Shown here one piece after another: positions 19,729 through 29,033 of a DNA stretch of 64,000 nucleotides. Source of the stretch: Sphingomonas sp. (GTDB taxonomy: Bacteria > Pseudomonadota > Alphaproteobacteria > Sphingomonadales > Sphingomonadaceae); assembly GCA_013816595.1 (NCBI GenBank), contig JACDEB010000003.1, positions 351 to 64,350 of the forward strand, in the 5' to 3' direction. Position 1 is the stretch's first letter; every line of letters starts with the position of its first letter. Below the pieces are notes generated by a model that was not told the origin of the DNA, did no database searches, and saw only the letters and a program-made list of their open reading frames with translations. Position numbers and translations under genes: made by a program.

Positions 19729-20553
19729 TTACCGGGAACGGCGCGCCGGGTCATAACCGAAAGTCAGGCTGGAAAAAGTTGTTTCGAAATCGGCCTTTGC
19801 ATCGTTCGAAATAGGCTCGCTCCAAATAACGTTGATCAGCCAGGAACCAACCGCCGGAACCGTAAATGTCGCGCGCCCGGCACGGTCGGTAATTTCGCTT
19901 TCAAGCGGGCGAGCATCGAATTCCAGGCTCGTCAGCCGCACCGATGCGTTCGGCAGGCGCTTGCCCTTGTAGAGGACATAAACCGGCAACCGCCGGGCTC
20001 GATCGAGCATGTACGGATTCTTTTCGGGCACGATCTCCAGCTTCATTCCGATCGGCCGTGTAGCAAGGACGGTACTGGCCGGGGTCTGGGTGCCGACCTG
20101 GATCAAAGCCTTGGCGCGGCGAGTGTAGCGCTCACGTCCCGGCAGCGCGGTCGATTTATTCCGCGCGCGCACGGCTATTGGAAGGGTCAGTCCCTCGGCC
20201 TTGAGATAATCGTTGAAGCGCACAGCAGGAAGGTCCGAAAAGGCGGTGGAGGTCTGCATTGCAAGCACATGGAGGCCGGATCGGCCAAGCTTGCCGACGA
20301 AGTCCGCGCTTGCATCGCTGCGAACTTGGGCCCGCTGATCGGTGCGGCCGCCGACGGAGATGTCGACGAGCAGCGGAATGCGGCGGATATCATTGCCCCA
20401 GCGCTGGCGATATTGCCCGTGGCCAACCTGGAACGTCGCCGTCAGCGGCTGACCCTCGCCAACCTGAAAGCTCAAGGGCTGGATCCAGAAGTCGTGCGCC
20501 AAGGCCGGAGTGGCAGCGAAAACCAGAAGGCCGGTCAGGAAGAACTTCTTCAA
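19729..20553 (-). CDS. DUF4198 family periplasmic protein (putative Ni/Co binding)
   Basis: TTG start after AGGAG; signal ..PALA-HDFWIQP, LEIVPEKNPY, TDRAG, SSLTF. Confidence 0.85.
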   Translation of the reverse strand: MKKFFLTGLLVFAATPALAHDFWIQPLSFQVGEGQPLTATFQVGHGQYRQRWGNDIRRIPLLVDISVGGRTDQRAQVRSDASADFVGKLGRSGLHVLAMQTSTAFSDLPAVRFNDYLKAEGLTLPIAVRARNKSTALPGRERYTRRAKALIQVGTQTPASTVLATRPIGMKLEIVPEKNPYMLDRARRLPVYVLYKGKRLPNASVRLTSLEFDARPLESEITDRAGRATFTVPAVGSWLINVIWSEPISNDAKADFETTFSSLTFGYDPARRSR

Positions 20554-20674
20554 TGTTTTGCTCCTGCAATTCGCGATGACAGAATTGGCGCTTAATATGC
20601 CAAGGACCAAGATACGCAGCCTTAACGTCCCGGATGCGCATTCGGCCAATCCGTCGGCTTTGCTTGGCTTGCGG

Positions 20675-21256
20675 ATGGTTGCGGTGGCGTTGATCCTGCT
20701 GGCAGCAATGCCGAGCGCCGCCGCGGCCCATTCCGGAACCGGTCTCGCCGGGGGGTTCCTCTCCGGCGTCGAACATCCCTTGACCGGACCGGACCACATG
20801 TTGGCGATGATCGCGGTCGGGTTGTGGGGCGCGTTCCTTGGCCGACCTCTAATGATTGCGCTGCCCGTCATATTTCCCAACATGATGGCCATTGGCGCGG
20901 GCATTGGCATGGCTGGCGTTCCCCTTCCGCCGGTCGAGCTTGGGATCGCGCTGTCTGTCCTGACGCTTGGGTTGATGATCCTGTTCGCGGTTAGAGCTCC
21001 GGTCCTCGTCGCCTGCGCCGTGGTTGCAATGTTCGGCCTGTTTCACGGCTATTCGCACGGCTTGGAGTTGCCGTCCGCCGCGGATCCAATCGGCTATGCG
21101 ACTGGTTTCGTGTTGTGCACGGGGTTGCTTCACGTCTCCGGAATCGCGCTGGGGTCGCTGCGCACGCTTCGCTACGGCAATGCCGGCTTGCGCGTTGGTG
21201 GCGGAGTAATTGCGGCCTGCGGTCTTTTCTTCCTGGTGCGGGTGCAAGGCTTGTGA
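20675..21256 (+). CDS. HupE/UreJ family membrane protein
   Basis: AAAH, GFLSGVEHPLTGPDHMLAMIAVGLW, FHGYSHGLE; start uncertain (20597 possible). Confidence 0.92.
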   Translation: MVAVALILLAAMPSAAAAHSGTGLAGGFLSGVEHPLTGPDHMLAMIAVGLWGAFLGRPLMIALPVIFPNMMAIGAGIGMAGVPLPPVELGIALSVLTLGLMILFAVRAPVLVACAVVAMFGLFHGYSHGLELPSAADPIGYATGFVLCTGLLHVSGIALGSLRTLRYGNAGLRVGGGVIAACGLFFLVRVQGL

Positions 21257-21735
21257 ACGCCGGCATCCTGCCAATTGGCCTGCTGTTCGTTGCGTTCGGG
21301 CTCACATTGTCGTTCGCATCGCTTCGCGACGCGCTACTCGGCGCCATTTGTCTCGCGGTGACGGCTCTGCTGGTGGCGTCGCTGAATCTGTCGACGAGCG
21401 CACTTGAACCGGTGTTCGTCGGCTTGTGGGTCAGTTGCATTGCAACGGTCGCGCTGATGCATGTGTCGCGCCATCTCAAGACTGGACTGGCAGTCGCCGC
21501 GGGCCTCAACGCGGGGGCGTGGACTGGAGCCTTGGCCGCGATTACCCCGCTTCGTCCGATGCTGCTTTATGCGTTGCCGATCCTGCTTCTTGTCGTTCCC
21601 GGCCAATGGCTAGTCGGACGAGGGTATGGAATCGCATTGAAGGTCGTCGGTAGCTGGGTCGTCGCTGTCGCTATTTTGGCGATTTTCGTATCGCTGATGC
21701 CCACGCCGGGCTACAAGCCGGATCATATGCAATGA
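21253..21735 (+). CDS. Hypothetical polytopic membrane protein
   Basis: About 5 hydrophobic segments; 4-nt overlaps with both neighbours (GTGA, ATGA). Confidence 0.75.
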   Translation: MNAGILPIGLLFVAFGLTLSFASLRDALLGAICLAVTALLVASLNLSTSALEPVFVGLWVSCIATVALMHVSRHLKTGLAVAAGLNAGAWTGALAAITPLRPMLLYALPILLLVVPGQWLVGRGYGIALKVVGSWVVAVAILAIFVSLMPTPGYKPDHMQ

Positions 21736-22349
21736 CCAATAAAACACATCTTTTCATGGGTTTGGTTTTGCTCGCCGCAGCTTCGCCGGCAGTGAGCCAA
21801 GTGATCGAGATCGATTCGGATGGGAATTCCCAAACCTTCGACGGGCCGACGGTATTCAGCAGCGACCAAGTGGCGCCCATTGGCCGCCCCAGCGCGGTGC
21901 CGACCGAAAAATTCGATATCGACCGGACGATCGCCGAAGCCAGTCGAGTCCACGGCATCGACCGTGCCTTGCTGCAAGCGGTGGCGCAGCAGGAATCGGG
22001 CTTCAGAATGGCTGCGATCAGCCCGAAGGGCGCACAGGGCGTGATGCAATTAATGCCCGCCACAGCGGCGCAGCTCGGCGTTAGGATCGACAATGCGAGC
22101 GATAATATCCACGGCGGCGCGATCTATCTTCGTCAGCAAATCGACCGCTTCGGCAGCGTGCCTTTGGCGCTCGCCGCCTATAATGCCGGACCAGGAGCGG
22201 TGATCCGTTACAGCGGAATCCCGCCCTTTCGCGAAACGCGCGATTATGTGTCGCGGATCATGGCGCGCTGGAAACCCACGGTCATGATCCGACCGGCCCC
22301 GCCGCGAACTTTGGTCGTAATCAACCCCAATGTCATCGAGGTTCCCTAA
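21732..22349 (+). CDS. virB1: Lytic transglycosylase (VirB1-like)
   Basis: QESG, SPKGAQGVMQLMP, LAAYNAG, ETRDYV; directly upstream of virB2. Confidence 0.88.
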   Translation: MTNKTHLFMGLVLLAAASPAVSQVIEIDSDGNSQTFDGPTVFSSDQVAPIGRPSAVPTEKFDIDRTIAEASRVHGIDRALLQAVAQQESGFRMAAISPKGAQGVMQLMPATAAQLGVRIDNASDNIHGGAIYLRQQIDRFGSVPLALAAYNAGPGAVIRYSGIPPFRETRDYVSRIMARWKPTVMIRPAPPRTLVVINPNVIEVP

Positions 22350-22350
22350 A

Positions 22351-22650
22351 ATGATCAAACGCACCTTCGCGATTTTGTCAGTGGCGCTGGCTGCCCCGGC
22401 CTGGGCGCAATCCGCAGCGCCCGATCCGGCCGGTTCAGGGCCGATTATCGGTGCGGTCAACTGGCTCCAGGGGACGCTGCTCGGCAATGTCGCGACCGCA
22501 GTTGCGGTGATTGCGGTCGCCGCCATCGGTTTCATGATGCTGACCGGGCGAATGAACTGGAAATATGGTGCGACCGTCGTGGTCGGACTGTTCATCCTGT
22601 TCGGAGCGGCGTCGATCGTCGGCGGCATTCGATCCGTGGCGGGCGGCTGA
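22351..22650 (+). CDS. virB2: VirB2/TrbC pilin
   Basis: Signal AWAQ, two hydrophobic helices, VAVIAVAAIGFMMLTGR, ILFGAASIV. Confidence 0.9.
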   Translation: MIKRTFAILSVALAAPAWAQSAAPDPAGSGPIIGAVNWLQGTLLGNVATAVAVIAVAAIGFMMLTGRMNWKYGATVVVGLFILFGAASIVGGIRSVAGG

Positions 22651-22652
22651 TC

Positions 22653-22928
22653 ATGGCCGGCGACCGACTGTTCAGGGCATTGACCCGGCCGCAAATGGTG
22701 GCCGGCGTGACCTACCCTTTTTTCGTCCTTAACGGGATCATCGCCGCCGAGCTGTTTCTGATCACAAAGAGTTTTTACGCGCTTCTGCCGTCGCTGTTTA
22801 TCCACGCACTCGGCTATGCCGCCCATCTTCGCGATCCCAACGTGATGCAAGTGTGGACGACCAAGTTGCGCCGCGTTCCGCGCGTTCCCAACCGCAAGCT
22901 ATGGGGGGCTAATGTCTATTCGCCGTAA
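22653..22928 (+). CDS. virB3: VirB3 family protein
   Basis: LFRALTRPQMVAGV, WGANVYSP. Confidence 0.9.
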   Translation: MAGDRLFRALTRPQMVAGVTYPFFVLNGIIAAELFLITKSFYALLPSLFIHALGYAAHLRDPNVMQVWTTKLRRVPRVPNRKLWGANVYSP

Positions 22929-25278
22929 TCAGGTCGCCCAACGCGAGAAGCATGTCGGCGATCATTTGCCCTATCTCGCGCAGGTGGACGAACATACGAT
23001 CGTCACTCGCGATCGGCTGGCGATGCAGGTGATCCGGCTCGAGGGCTTGCCGTTCGAGACCATCGACGAGGTCCAGCTCGAAATACGAAAGATCGCCCGC
23101 GACGCCATGCTCCAGGCCGTCGGCTCGGCCCGATTTGCGCTGGTTCATCACGTCATTCGACGAATTGTCGATCCGGCGCTCGAAGGAGATTTCGATGATC
23201 CGTTCAGCGCCGCCCTCGACAAGGCGTGGTCGGAGCGCCTGGCGACACGCAAGCTTTACGTCAACGACCTCTATTTGACGATCATCGTTCGACCGCTCGC
23301 GGGCCGCGCCGGCGCTGCGGAACGCATGCTCGACCTAGTCGGATCGCGGCGCGCCCGAAGTGGTGAGGATCGGGCCGATTTGCGGCAGCTCAACCAAGCG
23401 CGCGAGGCCGTGCTCGCGTCCCTGGAACCCTATAATCCGACACTTTTGGGCACCTATGAGATTCCTAGCGGACTGGCGTCCGAACCGGCGGAGTTCCTGG
23501 CGACGCTGATCAACGGAACCTCATCGCCGGTGCTTCTGCCGCAGGGCGAGCTGGCCCACGCAATCGCTCGGCGGCGGGTTAGTTTCGGCGCGGATGCGAT
23601 CGAATTCGGGCCGCTCGACGGCGATCCATCGCAAGTGGCGGCGATCCTGTCGGTCAAGGATTACCCCTCGGAAACCCGCGCTGGAATGCTCGACGATCTG
23701 TATCGCTTGCCGTTCGAAATGGTCGTCACGCAGAGCTTTGCGGTGGTTGACCGGGGACCGGCGCTCGAACGGATGGATCTCGCCCTTCGGCGCATGCGTT
23801 CCGCCGACGATGCCGCCGTCTCCCTTCGCTCGGAACTGGCGCTGGCCAAGGACGATGTCGCCGCCGGCCGCTCGTTGTTCGGCGAACATCATTTGACCGT
23901 CCTGCTCAAGGCGGCGACTTTGGCCGAACTCGACATCACGGTGGGCGAAGTCCAGGCGACATTATCGGAGGCGGGCTTCGTCGCCGTCCGCGAGGAGCTT
24001 GGCCTGGAAGCGGCGTTTTGGGCCCAGTTCCCGGGAAATTTCAATTATATCGCCAGGCGTGCGCTCGTTTCCTCGGCCAATTTCGCAGGCTTCGCCAGCG
24101 CGCATAATTTCCCGGTCGGCCAGGCTAGCGGCAATCACTGGGGAGATGCCGTTACCTTGTTCGAAACGACGTCCGCCGGGCCCTATTTCTTCAACTTCCA
24201 TCGCGGCGATCTGGGCAATTTCACGATCATCGGCCCGTCCGGATCGGGCAAGACCGTCGTCCTCGGCTTCCTCTTGGCCCAAGCCCGCCGCTTCGCCCCG
24301 CGAACAATCTTTTTCGACAAGGATCGTGGAGCGGAGATTTTTCTTCGAGCGATCGGCGGAATTTACGACACCCTCAGGCCCGGCAACCCCACTCGGCTCA
24401 ATCCGCTGGCGCTTCCCGATACGCCTGGCAATCGCCGCTTCCTCACCGACTGGGTGGCGAAAATGGTGACTGGCGAGGGCGACCCGCCGACGGTCGAGGA
24501 AGCGAGCTGGATCTCCGACGCGATCGATGCGAATTATGCCAGCCCGCCGGCCAATCGCCGGCTGCGCCACCTTGCGGAGCTATTCCGCGGCCGTGGCCGG
24601 GCGTCGGGCAACGATCTCTACGCCCGGCTTGCGCCATGGCATTCAGAAGGCGCGCACGCCTGGCTGTTCGACAACGCAGTCGATGGTCTTGAGCTCGATG
24701 CCGACACCATCGGTTTCGACATGACCGCGATCCTCGATCAGCCGGCGCTGCGATCTCCAACGATGCTGTATCTGTTCCATCGGGTCGAAGAACGGCTGGA
24801 TGGCAAGCCGACCATCATCGTCGTCGATGAAGGGTGGAAGGCCCTTGATGATGAAGTTTTCGTCGCCCGCATCCGCGATTGGGAGAAAACCATCCGGAAG
24901 CGCGGCGGAATCGTCGGTTTCGCGACCCAATCGGCGAGCGACGCTCTGGAAAGCAAGATCGCCTCCGCAATCATCGAACAGGCGGGAACGCAGATCTTCA
25001 TGGCCAATGCTTCGGCGCAGGCGACCGATTATATTGAAGGCTTCGGACTGACCCAGCATGAATTCGAGCTCGTCAGATCGATCCCGGAAACCGCTCGCGC
25101 GTTCCTGGTCAAGCATGGCGCCGAAAGCGTCGTAGTTCGGCTAAACCTGGCGTCGGAACCCGATTTGCTCACCGTCCTGTCGGGGCGGGAGCGCACGGTT
25201 CGACTGCTCGACGGCATCCGCGACAAGGTCGGCGACGCGCCAGATGCGTGGCTGCCGCGGCTGTTGGAGGTCGCATGA
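22912..25278 (+). CDS. virB4: VirB4 ATPase
   Basis: FWAQFPGN, Walker A GPSGSGKT, FDKDRG, Walker B VVDEGW, FATQS. Confidence 0.96.
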   Translation: MSIRRNQVAQREKHVGDHLPYLAQVDEHTIVTRDRLAMQVIRLEGLPFETIDEVQLEIRKIARDAMLQAVGSARFALVHHVIRRIVDPALEGDFDDPFSAALDKAWSERLATRKLYVNDLYLTIIVRPLAGRAGAAERMLDLVGSRRARSGEDRADLRQLNQAREAVLASLEPYNPTLLGTYEIPSGLASEPAEFLATLINGTSSPVLLPQGELAHAIARRRVSFGADAIEFGPLDGDPSQVAAILSVKDYPSETRAGMLDDLYRLPFEMVVTQSFAVVDRGPALERMDLALRRMRSADDAAVSLRSELALAKDDVAAGRSLFGEHHLTVLLKAATLAELDITVGEVQATLSEAGFVAVREELGLEAAFWAQFPGNFNYIARRALVSSANFAGFASAHNFPVGQASGNHWGDAVTLFETTSAGPYFFNFHRGDLGNFTIIGPSGSGKTVVLGFLLAQARRFAPRTIFFDKDRGAEIFLRAIGGIYDTLRPGNPTRLNPLALPDTPGNRRFLTDWVAKMVTGEGDPPTVEEASWISDAIDANYASPPANRRLRHLAELFRGRGRASGNDLYARLAPWHSEGAHAWLFDNAVDGLELDADTIGFDMTAILDQPALRSPTMLYLFHRVEERLDGKPTIIVVDEGWKALDDEVFVARIRDWEKTIRKRGGIVGFATQSASDALESKIASAIIEQAGTQIFMANASAQATDYIEGFGLTQHEFELVRSIPETARAFLVKHGAESVVVRLNLASEPDLLTVLSGRERTVRLLDGIRDKVGDAPDAWLPRLLEVA

Positions 25279-26456
25279 TGCAGTCATTCTGCAATCCTTC
25301 CGCTGCAGATCGCTTCGCGGCCCGCTTGCTGGCCGACACCGACTGCCAAGCCAATGGCCTGGTCGAGCGCGGTTATGCCGCGCTTGCTCAGCCGGGCGGC
25401 ACAGGCTCGATCGCGCTGACCGGGTTGATGGTCATCGCGGTCGCATTCTTTGGCTACCGGCTGCTCCTCGGTCGCGGCTTGGCGCTCCGCGATGCGGTTG
25501 TTCTGACCGTCAAGCTCGGCATCGTCCTGATGCTCGCCTCGTCGTGGGAAAGCTGGCAGGCGCTGGCCTATAACGGTCTTGCCCGCGCACCCACCCAGAT
25601 CGCGGGCGACGTACTGACCGGGATCGGTGCCGCGGATCCGATCGAAAGCCTTCAGCGAATGCTCGACGGACTCGCGCAGGCGGCGGTCGGTTACCGGATG
25701 CGGGCGGGAATCGCGTCGCCATTGGTCGGCGGCCCGCCGGCGGCCGCGGCCGTACTCAACCTTTCGTCGGTGTTCCTGACCCTGTCGATTGTTGGCATAT
25801 TGGTTGCGGCAAGAGTCGTGCTTGCGGTCCTTCTGGCGATTGCCCCCGCAATGGCCGGACTGATGCTCTTCACCGGCACGCGCGGGATGGTCCAAGGATG
25901 GCTTGGGGCAATTGCCGCGGCGGCAATCGCACCGCTGTTCGTGCTGGTTCTGGCCGCGGTCGAATTCGCCATCATGGATCCAATGCTCGGGCGGCTTCTG
26001 ACCGAACAGGCGGCCGGGCGATATGAGGACGGAGCGGTCATGCCGCTCGGGCTCGTCACGGTGGTTTTCATGATCGCAACCGCGTTCGCACTTCGTTCTG
26101 GCGCCCAAATCGCACGCGGCATTCGCTTGCCGAGTATGGTCGGCAATGGTGCTGTGGCCCAGGAGCCAGCCGCGGGCGTCGGCCAAGACCGCTTCCGGGT
26201 TGAAAACACTGCCGTATCGGCGTCGACTCAATCGGTAACACGGGCGCTCGAAAGCATGGCCCGGCGCGAGACTCCGCCGAGCGGTTCAGCGCAGGTTTCA
26301 AGTCGCGGCTTAACGAGGAGCCGTGACGGCAGGGCCGCACCTGGAACAGCCAATATTGGCAGCGCGTCGCTCGCTAGCATTCCGGGGCGGGCCTCAGCGC
26401 GACGGGCACAGCCGATTCCTCGGCATTCGCGGTCGGTCAGGCGGAGGGACGCATGA
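25275..26456 (+). CDS. virB6: VirB6/TrbL family protein
   Basis: Polytopic inner-membrane protein between virB4 and virB8; LLAIAP..LF..TRG..QGW. Confidence 0.85.
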   Translation: MMQSFCNPSAADRFAARLLADTDCQANGLVERGYAALAQPGGTGSIALTGLMVIAVAFFGYRLLLGRGLALRDAVVLTVKLGIVLMLASSWESWQALAYNGLARAPTQIAGDVLTGIGAADPIESLQRMLDGLAQAAVGYRMRAGIASPLVGGPPAAAAVLNLSSVFLTLSIVGILVAARVVLAVLLAIAPAMAGLMLFTGTRGMVQGWLGAIAAAAIAPLFVLVLAAVEFAIMDPMLGRLLTEQAAGRYEDGAVMPLGLVTVVFMIATAFALRSGAQIARGIRLPSMVGNGAVAQEPAAGVGQDRFRVENTAVSASTQSVTRALESMARRETPPSGSAQVSSRGLTRSRDGRAAPGTANIGSASLASIPGRASARRAQPIPRHSRSVRRRDA

Positions 26457-27151
26457 ACGATCCAGGCGAATTCAATCCGATCCAGGACAAGGATCATTAC
26501 TTCGCCTCGGCGCGAAGCTGGGCCGAAGGTCAGTCGGCGGTGATTTCGCGGGAAGCGCGAATCGCTTGGCGAGTTGCTGCCGGCGCTTCGGCGATCGCGC
26601 TGATTCTGGCGATCGCATTGCTCCTCCTGGTGCCGCTGAAGAGCGTCCAGCCTTATGTTCTTACGGTCGATCGGCAGACCGGCGCGGTCGAGCCTGCACT
26701 GACCGTCCAGCAAGGTCGGTTGAGCCAGAACGAAGCCGTCATCCAGGCCGAGCTAGCCGGCTATGTCATCGCGCGCGAAACGTTCGATGCGACCGATCTC
26801 GCCCGCCAATATCACCGCGTCCAGTTGCTGTCCGCTCCACCGGTGGCGCGCGCCTATGTCGCCCAACTGGCGGCCAATAATCCGGAAAGCCCGCTTCGGA
26901 CGCTCAACCAGGGCGACACCGTGTCGATCCAAATTCGCAGTGTTTCGCTGATCGGCGATGGCAGCGGCCTGGTTCGTTTCACCGCCACTCGGACCGCGTC
27001 CGGGGCGCCGAGCGGGTCGGTAGAAAATTATGTTGCAGCGATCGCGTTCGGGTTCAGCGGACGCCCGCTGCGAGCGGCTGATCGTTACGACAATCCACTC
27101 GGCTTCCAGGTCACGCGCTATCGCCGCGATGCCGAGGGAGTTGGCGGATGA
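26453..27151 (+). CDS. virB8: VirB8 family protein
   Basis: Single TM, PLKSVQPYVLTVDRQTG, YVIARE, NPLGFQVTRYR. Confidence 0.93.
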   Translation: MNDPGEFNPIQDKDHYFASARSWAEGQSAVISREARIAWRVAAGASAIALILAIALLLLVPLKSVQPYVLTVDRQTGAVEPALTVQQGRLSQNEAVIQAELAGYVIARETFDATDLARQYHRVQLLSAPPVARAYVAQLAANNPESPLRTLNQGDTVSIQIRSVSLIGDGSGLVRFTATRTASGAPSGSVENYVAAIAFGFSGRPLRAADRYDNPLGFQVTRYRRDAEGVGG

Positions 27152-27831
27152 GACCCCTCCTCCCGATCCTGCTGATATTATTGTCCGCTGCTACCTCACC
27201 GCAGCCCGGACCGGTTGATCCGCACATCCAGTCAGTCCTCTTCGACTCCGATCAGGTCGTCGAGTTGCGCGGCGCGCTGGGGTGGCAGATCATGCTCGAA
27301 TTCGGTTCGGACGAGCGGATCGAGAATGTTTCGATCGGCGACGCGCTCGCCTGGCAGGTGACCCCGAACAAGAAAGCCAGGAACCTGTTCCTGAAGCCGC
27401 TTCTCAAGACTGCATCGACCAATATGACGGTGGTCACCGATCGCCGGCAATATTCTTTCCAGCTCGAAACCGGGCCGCGTTCGGCATTTACGCCGTGGGT
27501 TGTGCGGTTCGATTATCCCCATGAAATCGTCGCAGCGGTCGAGGAGCCCTTGCCACCGCCGCCACCGCCGCTCAATTTCGCTTATTCGTCGAAAGGATCT
27601 GCCGCGCTTCGCCCCGCCCGGGTCTGGGACGACGGGTTGATGACCTATTTCGAATTTTCCGAGAACGTCCCGATACCCGCGATTTTCGCCGGGCAAGGAC
27701 GCAACGAGACGCTGGTCAACTCAAGCGTTCGCGGACATGTCGTCGTGGTCCAGCAAACCGGCGGCAGCTTCACCATCCGGTCGGGCGAGCAGTTCGCCAT
27801 GGTCACGCCGGGCCTGGGCAAGACGCGATGA
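27148..27831 (+). CDS. virB9: VirB9/TrbG family protein
   Basis: ERIENVSIGD, LFLKP, TNMTVVTDRRQY, VWDDGLMTYF. Confidence 0.93.
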   Translation: MRPLLPILLILLSAATSPQPGPVDPHIQSVLFDSDQVVELRGALGWQIMLEFGSDERIENVSIGDALAWQVTPNKKARNLFLKPLLKTASTNMTVVTDRRQYSFQLETGPRSAFTPWVVRFDYPHEIVAAVEEPLPPPPPPLNFAYSSKGSAALRPARVWDDGLMTYFEFSENVPIPAIFAGQGRNETLVNSSVRGHVVVVQQTGGSFTIRSGEQFAMVTPGLGKTR

Positions 27832-29033
27832 ACGAAACGATCATCGTCAAACGTCCAGTCGTTGCCCGCGAAGCTCGCCAGATCCCGCTTACTGCGGCGG
27901 CGATCGTGTTCGGCTTGCTGGGAATCGGTGTCTTTTCGTTTCTGTCCGAGGCCCGCGCCGCGCAGGAGGAGCGCTCGACCCAGCTGCCGCCCTTGCCGCC
28001 CAATCCGGCACCGCCAGCGCCCGGCGAAGCGCCGGTCGGCGCTGCGGCAATTGCCACTCAACCCACACCCGACGGACCGGGATTCTTCGATCCCAACCGG
28101 GCGGCGCCGGTCACATTGCAGGCTAGCGGCTATCCTACGGTCCCGGTTCGCGACTTCAGCGGCGCTCTCGGCAATTCGCCGCCGCGTCCGCCGGCAGCCG
28201 ACAGCATGCGCGCTCGGCTCAATGCCCCAGCGCTGGTCGTCGACCTTGCGCAGAATAACCCACAACGGGTGGCTCCGTCGTTCCAGCAGAGCAGCGGCGT
28301 TAGCGAAGGCGGCGGAACCGTTAGCCAGACGACGACGACGGTGGCACTGCCTCCGTCGGGCGGGATCGCTGCAGTGGGCGCCGCCCCCCGCGATCAGAGC
28401 CTGTCGGACACCGAGCAATTCTCCCAGCGGGTCGGCAATTCCGAGATCGAAGTGGCTCACGCAAGCAGGATGGCGCGACTGGACCGGCTTGTCCCGCAAG
28501 GCGCCGTGGTCGGGGCGACGATGGAAACCGCGCTCAATTCCGACCTTCCCGGATATGCCCGAGCGATTGTTCAGCGCAACGTCTACAGCTTCGACGGGTC
28601 GGCGGTGATGATTCCGGCTGGAAGCCGGGTTATCGGCCAGTATAAATCAGGGGTCGCTCAGGGTGCCTCGCGCGTGTTCATCCTGTGGACGCGGTTGATC
28701 CGTCCGGATGGGGTGACGATTGACCTTGCCTCGCCGGCAACCGACGAACTCGGCCGCGGCGGCCTGTCCGGAAAGGTAAATCGTCATTTTCTCGAACGGT
28801 TCGGCGGAGCCATTCTGACGTCGGTCCTGAGCGGCGGCATCACCGCTGCTTCGGCTGCGCTTTCGGGCGGATCCACGGTCTTAGTCGGCTCGGCCAGCCA
28901 GGCATCCTCGCTCGCCGGGCAGGCGTCGCAATCCAACGATATTCCGCCGACAATCACCACGCGGCAGGGCGCCGGCGTGAGAATTTTTGTTGCCCGCGAC
29001 CTTGATTTCTCCGCCGTCGGCCCGGCCCAATGA
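27828..29033 (+). CDS. virB10: VirB10/TrbI family protein
   Basis: TM plus Pro-rich linker, ETALNSDLPG, IPAGSRVIG, WTRLIRPDG, VNRHFLERFG, FVARDLDFS. Confidence 0.95.
   Translation: MNETIIVKRPVVAREARQIPLTAAAIVFGLLGIGVFSFLSEARAAQEERSTQLPPLPPNPAPPAPGEAPVGAAAIATQPTPDGPGFFDPNRAAPVTLQASGYPTVPVRDFSGALGNSPPRPPAADSMRARLNAPALVVDLAQNNPQRVAPSFQQSSGVSEGGGTVSQTTTTVALPPSGGIAAVGAAPRDQSLSDTEQFSQRVGNSEIEVAHASRMARLDRLVPQGAVVGATMETALNSDLPGYARAIVQRNVYSFDGSAVMIPAGSRVIGQYKSGVAQGASRVFILWTRLIRPDGVTIDLASPATDELGRGGLSGKVNRHFLERFGGAILTSVLSGGITAASAALSGGSTVLVGSASQASSLAGQASQSNDIPPTITTRQGAGVRIFVARDLDFSAVGPAQ

Noticed and set aside
19729-20910. 393-aa version of the DUF4198 ORF
   Set aside because: The extension overlaps hupE/ureJ; RBS and signal peptide support the TTG start at 20553
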